DNA of 62,878 nucleotides, counting the filler, from Candidatus Rokuibacteriota bacterium (GTDB lineage: Bacteria > JAUVQV01 > DATDCY01), in NCBI GenBank assembly GCA_031406795.1. It is 7 parts of 7 records of this genome, joined end to end, with 100 filler letters (N's around TTAATTAATTAA, not from the genome) between each part and the next. Parts side by side here need not be neighbours in the genome. Positions count along the whole stretch, not along the records: positions 36,966 to 48,594 come from JANOHV010000034.1; positions 48,695 to 51,354 come from JANOHV010000044.1; positions 51,455 to 60,119 come from JANOHV010000111.1; 4 more parts are not named here. One strand, given 5' to 3'. Numbering within the stretch: the first letter of the stretch is position 1; the number at the start of each line of letters is the position of its first letter. The position numbers were made by a program, and so were the translations under genes. Positions 47,932 through 59,297 of this stretch are shown here, in pieces. The notes under the pieces are model-generated. The model made no database searches and was not told where the DNA came from. It was given only the letters and a program-made list of their open reading frames with translations.

Positions 47932-48594
47932 CTAGCTGGGGTAATCGACGCGGACGAGGAAGAGGCCTTGCGGCGGGGCTGTCTTTCCTGCTCTAGTTCG
48001 GTCGCGTGCGGCGAGTATGCTGGCGAATTCGACTGTTGAAAACCTTCCTTTTCCCACATCGACCAGCGTGCCGACCATGTTGCGCACCATGTGACGGAGG
48101 AAGCCGTCCGCCTCAAGTTCAAACGTGACGATTTCCCCAGAGCGGACGATGCTGCATCTGCGCATCGTTCTCACGGGATCGCGCGCGACGCACCCCGCTG
48201 CACGAAATGAAGAAAAATCATTGCTTCCCATAAGGATAGATGCGGCATATGACATCAATTCGACATCAAGTGGCGTGTAGACCTGCCATGACCACTGTCG
48301 CTCGAACGGGGACCGCGCCGAGCTGTTGAAAACTCTATAGCGATACAACTTGTTGACAGCGGAGAACTGCGCGTCGAACGCAGCGTCGACCTCATCGGCC
48401 GAGACAATGGCGATCGCGGGAGGAAGGACGCTGTTGAAAGCTCTGGCGAGAGCCTGTGGACTCATTGTTGAGCGTGTGTTGAAATTGGCGACCTGGCCCA
48501 AGGCGTGGACCCGGGCGTCGGTGCGTCCCGACCCCTTGATCGGGACCGCCTCGCCCGTGATGACCTCGAGCGCGTCCTGCAGGACCGACTGGAT
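47932..48594 (-). CDS. truA: tRNA pseudouridine(38-40) synthase, 5'-truncated
   Basis: GRTDARVHALGQVANF, DFSSFRA, GFLRHMVRNMVG, TAPPQGLFL. Confidence 0.93.
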   Translation of the reverse strand: MQSVLQDALEVITGEAVPIKGSGRTDARVHALGQVANFNTRSTMSPQALARAFNSVLPPAIAIVSADEVDAAFDAQFSAVNKLYRYRVFNSSARSPFERQWSWQVYTPLDVELMSYAASILMGSNDFSSFRAAGCVARDPVRTMRRCSIVRSGEIVTFELEADGFLRHMVRNMVGTLVDVGKGRFSTVEFASILAARDRTRAGKTAPPQGLFLVRVDYPS

Positions 48595-48694
48595 NNNNNN
48601 NNNNNNNNNNNNNNNNNNNNNNNNNNNNNNNNNNNNNNTTAATTAATTAANNNNNNNNNNNNNNNNNNNNNNNNNNNNNNNNNNNNNNNNNNNN
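48595..48694. other. Artificial contig linker
   Basis: N-run with TTAATTAATTAA. Confidence 0.99.
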
Positions 48695-50035
<1,341 letters not shown>

Positions 50036-50052
<17 letters not shown>

Positions 50053-51354
50053 CGGCCTCCCTCAGCAGCTGCAGCAACCCGTCGCCGGCCTTCCAGACGT
50101 CGCCAGCGCCGAGCGTGAGGACCAGATCGCCGGGTCGCACCGCGGCCGCAAGCGCCTCCGGGAGCCGCGCCTTGTCGGGGACGAAGCGCACCTCGGACTT
50201 CGCCCGTTCGCCGAGCAGTGCCGCAAGCCTCTCGCCGCTGACGCCGGCGATCGGCTCCTCGCCGGCCGCATAGATCCCCGTGACGACGACGAGATCCGCG
50301 TCGTCGAACGCTCCGAGGAATTCCGCCTCCAGATCCCGCGTCCGCGTGTAACGATGCGGCTGGAATGCGACGACGATGCGCCGCGCGAACCCGCGCTTGG
50401 CCGCCGCGAGGGTGGCGCGGATCTCGGTGGGATGGTGGGCATAATCGTCGAAGATGCTGATGCCATTCACGTCACCGCGCAATTCGAAGCGGCGGCCCGT
50501 GCCTGTGAATTCGGCAAGAGCCTTGGCTGCTTTTTCACGGGGCAGACCGAGCACATCGACGATCGCCAATACAGCGAGCGCATTGCGTACATTATGTTGG
50601 CCGGGAACCTGCAATGATACTTCCACCGATTCAGGGCCTGTGCTGCCGAGGTTCGACGTTGCAACAAAATTGAATCCACCGCGCTGGTTGGGCTTCACTT
50701 CACGTGCCATCACCCACAGCGGCGTGTTGATCGTGGATTCATTCTGCACACCATAACCGAGCACATTCCTTCCAGCCTGGCGCGCTCGCACGACCAACTC
50801 CATGGCACCTGTATCTTCCATACAGGCAATCAACGTCCCATCCGTGGGCAGCAGGTTCACAAATTTTTGGAACGACTCGAGCATCGCATTGAACGTCGGG
50901 AAGAAATCGGGATGATCATGCTCCAGACTGGTGACCACTTCAATCTGTGGCTTGAGCCCGAGGAACATGTTGTCGTATTCATCCGCTTCGATCACGAAGA
51001 CGTTGCCTTTGCCTGCGCGAGCGTTGACTCCCAGGTCATTCAGCACACCACCGACAATAAACGACGGGTCGCGTCCCAGTGCGGTCAGCACCCAGGCGGT
51101 CATGGCTGTCGTAGTCGTCTTGCCATGCGTACCGGCGATGGCGATGCCTGTTTTATCTTCCATCAATTGACCGAGGAAGTCTGCGCGTTTGTAAACGGGG
51201 ATGCCAGCACGCTTCGCCGCTTCGACCTCGGGGTTGTCCGCGCTTATCGCAGAGGACATCACCACTGAATCCGCTCCTGCAATGTTGCGCGGGTGATGCC
51301 CTACAAAGACTTTCGCGCCCGCCTTGCGGACTTCATCGGCAAACGGGGTCAGCG
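50036..51354 (-). CDS. murC: UDP-N-acetylmuramate--L-alanine ligase, 5'-truncated, possibly chimeric
   Basis: AGTHGKTTT, EADEYD, DDYAHHPTE, FQPHRYTRT, LGAGD. Confidence 0.93.
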
Positions 51355-51454
51355 NNNNNNNNNNNNNNNNNNNNNNNNNNNNNNNNNNNNNNNNNNNNTT
51401 AATTAATTAANNNNNNNNNNNNNNNNNNNNNNNNNNNNNNNNNNNNNNNNNNNN
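51355..51454. other. Artificial contig linker
   Basis: N-run with TTAATTAATTAA. Confidence 0.99.
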
Positions 51455-51561
51455 GGGGGCCCACCCCCCCCCCCCTGCGGGGGGGCGGGGGGCTCCACCC
51501 CCCCCCCCCTACCTAGCCCCCCGGGCGGCGGTGGGGGGGGCCCCCCCCCCCGCCCGTGCGG

Positions 51562-52383
51562 TTAACCGGCCCCTTCGATTTCGTTCTCAAGCTGGAACAA
51601 GTCGGTCAGCGCCGCGCGCACCTGCTCGTTCGAGTGGTAGCCGCCCAGTGTCCGCACGGTCTCGCCCCGCCAAGTGACCAGCAGCGTCGGGAACCCCGTG
51701 ACGCCGTGCCGGAGACAGGCCTCGCGGTTGCCCGGCGTGACCAGGCGCAGCTTCGCCGGGGCGTACCCGGCCACGAGTTCCCGCAAGCCGCGCACCATCT
51801 CGTCGCAGGCGAGCACCCGCTGCATCGCGAAGAGGGTGAAAGTGACCTCCTTGCTCAAGGGGACGCGCTCGCCCTCGAACTCGATCGCCACCCGCACTTG
51901 GTCCTCCGTGAGGCCGGGGAGCAGGCCGGCTCCTTTGCAGAGATCCGGGGGCGGCACCGAGGTCACCAGCATGACGCGTCCGAGTCGACCGTCGTCGGCG
52001 TTCGGGAAGAGCCGGAAGAAGCCGGCGACGGGACCGAGACCGGGGCGCCCGAACGCGCTGGAGCGCTGGCGCAGCAGCACGCAGGGTTTGCCCCCCGGGT
52101 CGGCGGCCAGCTCAGCGGTCGTGAGCGCGCCGGGACCGGCCGCGCGCAACGCTGCGAATTTTTCGCCCAGGTACTCCAAGACGTCGGCTCTGCCGCGCAG
52201 GCCCTCGATGGCCGATTGCGATTCGTAGATGCACTCATCCGCCAGTAGCGGCTCGAGGATCCCGGCGTCCAGAAGGTTGAAGGCGGCGGCGAGCGGCACG
52301 CAGAACTGCGCCTTGACCGGGTCGACCGAGGCCCTGACCCAGGACTCTTCGGCGGGGACGGAGCTGGGGATGCCGACGATCAC
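51562..52383 (-). CDS. Hypothetical protein: SnoaL/NTF2-like N-domain + thioredoxin-like C-domain
   Basis: AFNLLD..LLADECIYES..LRGRADVLEYL; HGVTGFPTLLV..GETVRTLGG. Confidence 0.55.
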   Translation of the reverse strand: MIVGIPSSVPAEESWVRASVDPVKAQFCVPLAAAFNLLDAGILEPLLADECIYESQSAIEGLRGRADVLEYLGEKFAALRAAGPGALTTAELAADPGGKPCVLLRQRSSAFGRPGLGPVAGFFRLFPNADDGRLGRVMLVTSVPPPDLCKGAGLLPGLTEDQVRVAIEFEGERVPLSKEVTFTLFAMQRVLACDEMVRGLRELVAGYAPAKLRLVTPGNREACLRHGVTGFPTLLVTWRGETVRTLGGYHSNEQVRAALTDLFQLENEIEGAG

Positions 52384-52384
52384 G

Positions 52385-53710
52385 TTAGCTTCCTCCCGAG
52401 GGTTGACTGCGGTTGTCAGGCCCGCCGCCGCGCCGGCGGCGGCGTCGCGCCGAGAACTCGGGCGCCTCGCGCATGCAGGTGCCGAGGATGCGGAGCGACT
52501 GGCGGAACAGGCGCAGGCCCTCGGGCCGCAATTCGGCCGGGTCGGGGCCGGGATCGGCCCAGCCGGCGGTGGTCAAGTCATCCGGCGGCAGCTGCTTCTC
52601 GCTCCAGTGGTGAAAGAGCCGCCCCCAGTTGCTGTGCAGGATCTCGTGGACGCGCTTCTGGTGCGTCGGGTACCAGAAGGAATCGTGGTAGAGCACGCTC
52701 GCGGCGTAGGCCCAGGGGGCGAGGAAGGTCTTCAGCGACCACTCGATCGGCTTCTTGAGCGGCCCCCAGTAGATCTTGTGCTGCATGCTGCTCGCGAAGG
52801 TCATCTTCTTGAACGGGCCGACGAAGTGCCAGTTCTCCCTCGCCGCCTCGAGGTCCCCGACGATCTCGATCTCGCGCGGGTCGCCGCACCCGAGGCCCAG
52901 CTCGTGGGCGAGGCGCACGAACTTCAGGTCGCGCAGCGGGTCGAACCCCATCAGTTTCGCGGCCACCGCGTCGATGGCGACCTGGTCGGAGGAGGCCAGC
53001 AGGACGTTCTTGACGTGCGGCACCATGCAGCGCGGGCCGGGGCCGTCGCCGGCGAAGGTGCCGTCCATCACGGCGAAGACGCCGCGGTGGATCTTCTTCT
53101 GGATCATCAGCAGGTCGACGAGCGTCTCGTGGATCACCGGGTGCGTCCAGTGGCGCCGCTCGTTGAGCAGCCCGCCGAACGCGTTCTTCATCGCGCCGGT
53201 GGTCGTCGTGAAGACGTGCGTCTTGACCGTGGGCAGGTGGATGATGTTCTCGCCGATGAAGCGCTTCGGGATCATGAAACCCTGCGGGTAGACCTGGTTC
53301 AGGCAGAGGAAGCGGTCGGCCAGGTCGCCGACCGCGTCGCGCACGTTGACCCAGGCCTCGTCGCCCTCGTAGAGGTGGACGTTGCGCAGGGCGTGGTTCT
53401 CGACCACCGGCAGGTGCTTGTTCTCGCGCTCGCCGAGGTGCGCGTCGATGACCACCGTGCGGTTGTGGCAGGCGTGGATCTTCGAAGGGTCGTACCCGTC
53501 GCGCTTGAGCGCGCGGATCACCCCGTCGAGCTGCCAGGGCGTGGTGGAACTGGCGGGGTAGAAGAAGTGCCAGCTGATGTTGACCTTCAGCGCCGTGTCG
53601 GCGTCCTTCGCGATGACGGCCTGGTAGCCGGCGAGGTTCATCAGCCGGTGGTAGTCCTCCAGGACGGTTGCCGGAGTGGTGCGCAGGATCGCGACCGTCG
53701 ATTTTTTCAT
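52385..53710 (-). CDS. DUF362 domain (putative Fe-S) protein
   Basis: LKVNI, LPTVKTH, TGAMKNAFG, MDGTFAGDGPGP, DQVAIDA. Confidence 0.88.
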   Translation of the reverse strand: MKKSTVAILRTTPATVLEDYHRLMNLAGYQAVIAKDADTALKVNISWHFFYPASSTTPWQLDGVIRALKRDGYDPSKIHACHNRTVVIDAHLGERENKHLPVVENHALRNVHLYEGDEAWVNVRDAVGDLADRFLCLNQVYPQGFMIPKRFIGENIIHLPTVKTHVFTTTTGAMKNAFGGLLNERRHWTHPVIHETLVDLLMIQKKIHRGVFAVMDGTFAGDGPGPRCMVPHVKNVLLASSDQVAIDAVAAKLMGFDPLRDLKFVRLAHELGLGCGDPREIEIVGDLEAARENWHFVGPFKKMTFASSMQHKIYWGPLKKPIEWSLKTFLAPWAYAASVLYHDSFWYPTHQKRVHEILHSNWGRLFHHWSEKQLPPDDLTTAGWADPGPDPAELRPEGLRLFRQSLRILGTCMREAPEFSARRRRRRGGGPDNRSQPSGGS

Positions 53711-53872
53711 GCCAGGGATGGTATTCCCGGCCTTGATGTGAGTCAATGCACACAGGGCGCCGATCGCCTATCCTCTCATCAGGTAGATGAAGTGGCAGGA
53801 TGGTTGCGGCGGCAGAGCCGCTCGGTAGCGGGAGACGGATGGGCGGGAAATTGCTCCAGGAGAGAATGAGCT

Positions 53873-54107
53873 GGGCGAAGGGGTGGCGCGGAGGGGAGGT
53901 CTCCATGGCGGAACGAAGTGAGGCCGATGAGGAGGTGCCAGCTTCGCTTCTCCGGCACGCGGTCCGATCGCATGCCGAACGAGACTGTGAGCTCCCCAAG
54001 CTGGGCGTGACCAGCCGACATGAGGGCGAATGGTCGAGTTGGATGGACGGTCCGCAGCGACCACCCCAGCGGCGGGGTGGCAGGCAGGACCCCGCAGCCC
54101 GCACGGG
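53873..54107 (+). repeat. Dispersed structured element, long copy
   Basis: 5' block ~53873-53933 and 3' block 54087-54107 match 29192-29285, with extra hairpins between. Confidence 0.75.
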
Positions 54108-54157
54108 AACGGCGGTTCATTGATTCATCAGCGCACACATCACAGAGGAGAGTTGCC

Positions 54158-55576
54158 ATGGTGCTCGGACCCGACACGAAACTGAAGGATTTTCTCGCCG
54201 CCTACCCGTTCATGAAGGAATTCCTGATCGGGTTCAATCCGCACTTCAAAGCGCTCGACAACCCGCTGCTCTGGAAGACGGTCGGACGCTTCGCGACGCT
54301 CTCGAAGGCCGCGGTGATGGGCGGGGCAAAGCTCCCGGAGCTGCTCGCGGCCCTGGCCGGCGAGATCGAACGGCGCACCGGCACCCGGCCCGGGGTGCAG
54401 GGGCTGGGACAGCCCGCCGAGTCGCGCGAGCAGCTGCTCAAGGGGATCATCCGCGACTTGCACGCCAACGAGGACGTGGGCGCGGCCAAGGAGCGCTTTC
54501 GCGAGCTGATCAAGGACGTCGCCCCGTGGGAGATCGGCAAGATGGAACAGACGCTGATCCAGGAGGGGCTCCCCGAATCGGAGGTCAAGCGGCTCTGTTC
54601 GGTCCACGTCGAGGTCTTCAAGGAGTCGCTTGACCAGAAGAGCGTCCCGGGGCTCCCGGCCGGCCACCCGGTGCACACCCTGATGCGGGAGAACCGCGAG
54701 GCCGAGCGGATCGTCGCCGAGATCGAGGGGATCGCGGACCCGAAGGCCGAGGCCGCGCGCGCCGCCGGGCTGCTCGAACGCCTCGCCGACATCAACACCC
54801 ACTATCTGCGCAAGGAGAACCAGCTCTTCCCGGTACTCGAGGTCAAGGGGGTCTCGGGGCCGAGCAAGGTGATGTGGGCGGTCCACGACGACATCCGGAT
54901 CCTGCTCAAGGATGCGCGCGCCGCCTTTGCCGAAGGCACGATCAGCGCCGACCGGCTGAAGTTCCTCGCGACCCAGGTGCGCGACATGGTCTACAAGGAG
55001 GAGCACATTCTCTTTCCGATGGCCCTCGAGCTGCTGACCGAGGAGGACTGGGGGAAGGTCGTGGCCGGGGAGGGCGAGATCGGCTTCGCGTGGGGCCTGG
55101 CGCCCGAACAGCCGTGGGGGCCGACGGGCACCGGGGCGCCGGCGGAGTACCTGGCGCGCCACGCGGGGAGCATCAGCCTCGACACCGGGTCGCTGACCGC
55201 CGACCAGGTCAACCTGATGCTCACGCATCTGCCAGTTGACCTCTCGTTCGTCAACGAGAACGACGAGGTGCTCTACTATTCGGCGACGCCCGAGCGGATC
55301 TTCCCGCGTTCGCCCGGCGTGATCGGGCGGCGCGTGCAGAACTGCCACCCGCCGAAGAGCGTGGGGACGGTCGAGCGGATTCTCTCGGAATTCAAGGCGG
55401 GCACGAAGGACACGGCGGAGTTCTGGATCCAGATGCGCGGGAAGTTCCTGCTCATCCGCTATTTCGCGATGCGCGACCCGGACGGCAAATACCGCGGTTG
55501 CCTCGAGGTCAGTCAGGACGTGACGGCGATCCGCGCGCTCGACGGCGAGCGCCGCCTCCTCGATTGGGGATCGTAG
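54158..55576 (+). CDS. DUF1858-DUF438-hemerythrin-PAS_10 protein
   Basis: RLCSVH, GHPVHTL..EN, HYLRKENQLFP, VMWAVHDDIR, KEEHILFP, IGRRVQNCHPPKS; GAGGAG RBS. Confidence 0.9.
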   Translation: MVLGPDTKLKDFLAAYPFMKEFLIGFNPHFKALDNPLLWKTVGRFATLSKAAVMGGAKLPELLAALAGEIERRTGTRPGVQGLGQPAESREQLLKGIIRDLHANEDVGAAKERFRELIKDVAPWEIGKMEQTLIQEGLPESEVKRLCSVHVEVFKESLDQKSVPGLPAGHPVHTLMRENREAERIVAEIEGIADPKAEAARAAGLLERLADINTHYLRKENQLFPVLEVKGVSGPSKVMWAVHDDIRILLKDARAAFAEGTISADRLKFLATQVRDMVYKEEHILFPMALELLTEEDWGKVVAGEGEIGFAWGLAPEQPWGPTGTGAPAEYLARHAGSISLDTGSLTADQVNLMLTHLPVDLSFVNENDEVLYYSATPERIFPRSPGVIGRRVQNCHPPKSVGTVERILSEFKAGTKDTAEFWIQMRGKFLLIRYFAMRDPDGKYRGCLEVSQDVTAIRALDGERRLLDWGS

Positions 55577-55849
55577 ACCCGGGCCGGCAGGGTGGGCTGG
55601 TCGGGCCCCACGGCGCTTGATTTCCGGGTCCCGGCGCGGAGAATAAGCCGCTCCAGAGAGCTCCTCCCCGTTTCTGCAGACCAGTACGCGCCAAAAAGGA
55701 GCAGGCCGATGAAAACGGGGGAAAAGCCGCAGAAGCCGGCCGGAGCTTCGGCGCAGCGCCGTCGGCATGGCGAAGGCGCTGAAGATGGATCGGAAAGCGG
55801 CCCGGTAACCTGAGCCGCCCGCGCGGCCATAACGTGGAGGAGGAGAATC

Positions 55850-56380
55850 ATGAAGACACATCGATTGCTGGCGCTGGCGGCAGCATTGCTGTTGGTCGGT
55901 GCGACAGGAGCCCCGGCCGCCGACCTCGCGATTCAAGTAAACGCCCTCGGGGAGGAGGAAGCGGGCAAAGCGATCGGGACGATCACCGTGTCGGAGAACA
56001 AGTTCGGCCTGCTGTTCACCCCCGAGGTTGCGGAGCTCGCGCCGGGCCTGCACGGGTTCCATGTCCACCAGAACGCGGACTGCGGCTCGGCTGAGAAGGA
56101 CGGCAAGAAGGTCCCCGGACTGGCGGCGGGCGGGCACTTCGACCCGGCCGGCACGGGCAAGCACCTCGGCCCGTACGCGGAGGGACACCTGGGGGACCTG
56201 CCGGGGCTCTTCGTCGGGTCGGATGGGAAGGCCGTGACGCCGGTGCTGGCTCCGCGTCTCAAGCTGAGCGACTTGTCGGGTCGTTCACTGATGATCCACG
56301 CCGGCGGAGACACCTACTCCGACGCTCCGGCCCCACTGGGCGGGGGCGGGGTGCGTGCGGCTTGTGGCGTGATCAAGTAA
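55850..56380 (+). CDS. sodC: Periplasmic Cu/Zn superoxide dismutase
   Basis: Signal peptide; HGFHVH, AGGHFDP, HLGP, GHLGDLP, MIHAGGD, RAACGVI. Confidence 0.96.
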   Translation: MKTHRLLALAAALLLVGATGAPAADLAIQVNALGEEEAGKAIGTITVSENKFGLLFTPEVAELAPGLHGFHVHQNADCGSAEKDGKKVPGLAAGGHFDPAGTGKHLGPYAEGHLGDLPGLFVGSDGKAVTPVLAPRLKLSDLSGRSLMIHAGGDTYSDAPAPLGGGGVRAACGVIK

Positions 56381-56414
56381 GGACGGCGGGAGCCGGGCGC
56401 ACGCTGGCCCCATT

Positions 56415-57068
56415 TTAACGGCCGTACCAATTGCGGCGGCGGACGAGGCCGCGGGTCATCGGTTTCGACTCCGGCGACAGACCGAGCGACAGGCGCGCCG
56501 CCGACAGCAGCCAATCCAGGCGCGCGGCGACGGACCAGCGCGAGAACTTGCGGATCTGTTCGCGCCGGGTGTCCGTGTCGCTTCCGGATTCGCCGGCCCG
56601 GATCGAGGCGAGCACGCCGAGCGCTTCGGCAGCCTCCCGGTCAGTTCCGGCGCCGCTGCCTTCCCCGAGTGCTTCCAGATCCGCCGCGCCGACGACGGGA
56701 ATCCCGACATCGACGAGCGTGGCGACGTCGGCCCCGAGCTGCAGGCGCGCGAAGGCTTCTGAGGAGACCGGGGCCAGGTCGATCGCCCCCAGAGCCGACC
56801 GCGGGTGATGGAAGCGTCGCACCCCGGTGCCCGCCGGATCGCCGGCGTCACCGGCTGATTCCGCGTAGCCCCAGGCGGCCAGCAGCGGCTCGAGCCGGAC
56901 GCGGTTGCGGGGGTCGGGGTCGACCGCCAGTTCAACGGTGGGCGTCAATCGCGGAACGCCATGCAGGACAAGGGCGGTCGCGCCCGTGACCAGGTAGTCC
57001 ACCCCCGCGTCACGCAGCCCAGCGAACAGCTCGTAGTGCGTGATCGGGCCGGCGGCCGAGGCGTTCAT
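56415..57068 (-). CDS. Degenerate nucleotidyltransferase-like protein with C-terminal helical extension
   Basis: VDYLVTGATALVLHGVPRLTPTVEL resembles the GGxA..HGxPRxTxDxD motif with the acidic residues altered. Confidence 0.6.
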   Translation of the reverse strand: MNASAAGPITHYELFAGLRDAGVDYLVTGATALVLHGVPRLTPTVELAVDPDPRNRVRLEPLLAAWGYAESAGDAGDPAGTGVRRFHHPRSALGAIDLAPVSSEAFARLQLGADVATLVDVGIPVVGAADLEALGEGSGAGTDREAAEALGVLASIRAGESGSDTDTRREQIRKFSRWSVAARLDWLLSAARLSLGLSPESKPMTRGLVRRRNWYGR

Positions 57069-57101
57069 CGCCGCGCCTCCGCCCGCTCCTGCGGAAACCG
57101 G

Positions 57102-57662
57102 CTAAGCAGCCGTGCCTTCGTGGCGGGGAACCGTCGTAACGACCCGGACGGCAAGGTCGAGGAACGACGAAAGTTCCTCGCGCATCTGCTCGCGTTGCTC
57201 CTCGAACAGGTGGGTCTGCCCTTCATGTTCGACCCCGTAGCGCGCGGGGTAGCGGTTGAGCGCGAACGCCACCATGTCGCAGCGGCAGTGCCAGCAGTCG
57301 CAGGCCCGGTCGTGTCGGCGCAGGATCGCGTCGACGGCCCGGAACCCCTCCTCGAGCGGGAAGTTCACGACCCAGACCGGTGCGCCCGCCGCCACGGCGG
57401 CGCCCTTCGGGTGCTTGGGGAAGCGTGAAACCTGGTTGCGCGCGAGAACAAGGACGTCGTGAACCGCCGCCGACTGCGACTCGGCCTCGATGTCGCTCGC
57501 GCGCCGGGTCGCGTAGCGCGGCGGCAGGGAGGTGAGGGCGAGCGCCATCATGTCGGCGCGACAGAGCGGGCACCAGCAGGTCTCATCCCTCGCCGGCGAG
57601 TGGGCGCGGATCTGATTCAGGTGAATGCGCACCGCATGTTCCATCGAGTTCGATAATTTCAT
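57102..57662 (-). CDS. Tandem ComFB-domain protein
   Basis: Two repeats: NSME..CWCPLCRADMMALALTSLPPRY..PKH and NFPLE..CDCWHCRCDMVAFALNRYPARY..PRH. Confidence 0.85.
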   Translation of the reverse strand: MKLSNSMEHAVRIHLNQIRAHSPARDETCWCPLCRADMMALALTSLPPRYATRRASDIEAESQSAAVHDVLVLARNQVSRFPKHPKGAAVAAGAPVWVVNFPLEEGFRAVDAILRRHDRACDCWHCRCDMVAFALNRYPARYGVEHEGQTHLFEEQREQMREELSSFLDLAVRVVTTVPRHEGTAA

Positions 57663-57706
57663 CGGATTGTTTGCCGCCTCCGCGTATGGACCTGTTTATG
57701 GTGCGC

Positions 57707-57722
57707 TGGTATGCAATTTGCG
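57707..57722 (+). promoter_or_regulatory. Possible sigma54 (-24/-12) promoter
   Basis: TGGTAT-GCAAT-TTGC with GG-N10-GC spacing, facing the histidine kinase gene. Confidence 0.4.
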
Positions 57723-57984
57723 TGCTCAAGGGCAAGAACCGACGATTCGTCCGGATTATACCACTGAAGGGCTGGAGGAGCAGGTTGCCTCGTCGTGCCG
57801 GCGGGGGGACGTGCGGATAATTGCGCACCGGGGATCGTCAAAGGGGAAAATACCGCAGCCCAAATCCGCGCGTATGCGCGGATCCAGGCGCAGCGCTTCC
57901 GCTTGACGCCTCAGCGGCCCGGCGATAGAGTTGAGCGGCGAGCGGGGAGTGTGTCTGCCGCTTCGTCGAGTAAACAGGCGGGGG

Positions 57985-59112
57985 ATGGCGATGGCTCCTG
58001 ATCCGTCCGGGTTCGAACGCGCGGCGGCCGTGCGGCTGGAGCGGCTGATGCAGGGCGCCGTGCCGGAGCCGCTGCCCACGGACGGGATCGAGGGCGATGC
58101 GCTGCGCCTGGCGAATGCGGTGAACCGGCTGATTGAGTTCCAGGAGCAGGTGCTCGGCTTCATCGGGCCGCTTTCGCGCGGCGACCTGCAGGCGGAGGTC
58201 CCCGCCGCGCAGAACATCCTGGCCTCGCCTTTCAAGGAGCTGCGCTCCCGGCTCGCGCGCCTGACCTGGCAGGCGGAACAGGTGGCCCGTGGTGATTACA
58301 CCCAGCGCGTCGACTTCATGGGGGATTTCTCTCTCGCCTTCAACGCCATGGTCGAGTCGCTCGAGATCAAGGAGCGCGAGCTGCGCGAACGGATCGCGGA
58401 GCTGCAGGGGCTCAACCGCATCAAGGACGAGTTCGTCGGCATGGCCGCGCACGACCTGCGCAGCCCGCTGGCGGTCGTCGAGATGTACGCGTCGTTCGTC
58501 CTCGAGGACCCGAAGAGCTGCCTGACGGCGAAGGAGCGGGAGTTCCTGCTGGTCATCAAGAAGCAGGGACGTTTCATGCTCGATCTGATCAACGATCTGC
58601 TCGACGTCACGCGGATCGAGTCGGGTCACCTCGATTTGAGACTCCAGGCGCGCGACTGGGTCGAGTTCGTGCGCCGCAACGCCGACCTCAATGGCGCGCT
58701 GGCGGCCCGGCGGGGCGTTGCGATCGAGGTCGACGTTGCCGGCCCTGAGCCGTGGGTCATCCCGTTCGACCCGAACCGCATGGAGCAGGTCCTGAACAAC
58801 CTGTTGGGCAACGCCGTGAAGTTCTCGCCCGCGGGGAGCCGCATCGTGGTCGGCGTCCGCCCCGACGGGGAGTTCGTGCGCGTCAGCGTTGTCGACCGGG
58901 GACCGGGCATTCCGACCGAGGAGTTGCCGGCGCTCTTCAAGCCGTTCTACCGCGGCAGCACCCCGCTGCCGCCGGGGGAACGCGGCACGGGGTTGGGGCT
59001 GCCGATCGCCCGCAGGATCGTCGAGGCGCATGGGGGGAAGATCGGCGTCGAGAGCCAGCCGGGCCACGGCTCCACCTTCTGGTTCACGCTGCCGGTGAGT
59101 GACGGCAGCTGA
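57985..59112 (+). CDS. Cytoplasmic HAMP-HisKA-HATPase histidine kinase
   Basis: [10 protein letters not shown]-box, [25 protein letters not shown]-like VARGDY..AFNAM; no TM segment. Confidence 0.92.
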   Translation: MAMAPDPSGFERAAAVRLERLMQGAVPEPLPTDGIEGDALRLANAVNRLIEFQEQVLGFIGPLSRGDLQAEVPAAQNILASPFKELRSRLARLTWQAEQVARGDYTQRVDFMGDFSLAFNAMVESLEIKERELRERIAELQGLNRIKDEFVGMAAHDLRSPLAVVEMYASFVLEDPKSCLTAKEREFLLVIKKQGRFMLDLINDLLDVTRIESGHLDLRLQARDWVEFVRRNADLNGALAARRGVAIEVDVAGPEPWVIPFDPNRMEQVLNNLLGNAVKFSPAGSRIVVGVRPDGEFVRVSVVDRGPGIPTEELPALFKPFYRGSTPLPPGERGTGLGLPIARRIVEAHGGKIGVESQPGHGSTFWFTLPVSDGS

Positions 59113-59263
59113 AAAGGGCCCATCTGCGGCGTTGCCCTCCTTGAGACTCCCTGCGGCGGCCACCAGGCCGCCGCAGTCGCCCCTTCGTCGGGCGCCTTGC
59201 ACCTGGACCCTTTTGAGCGGCCTCCCCGCTACCGTTCGGCCGCTGAAAAGGGCCCATCTGCGG
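59104..59263. repeat. REP/MITE-like palindromic element plus partial second copy
   Basis: Imperfect terminal IR (GCTGAAAAGGGCCCATCTGC / GCACCTGGACCCTTTTGAGC) over 59104-59222; internal 11-bp hairpin 59151-59176; left end repeated at 59238-59263. Confidence 0.75.
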
Positions 59264-59297
59264 AGCGATTGCGAGAACAGTCTACTGGACATATATT

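Noticed and set aside
51455-51555. Poly-G/poly-C block
   Set aside because: Contig-edge low-complexity sequence, probably sequencing error.
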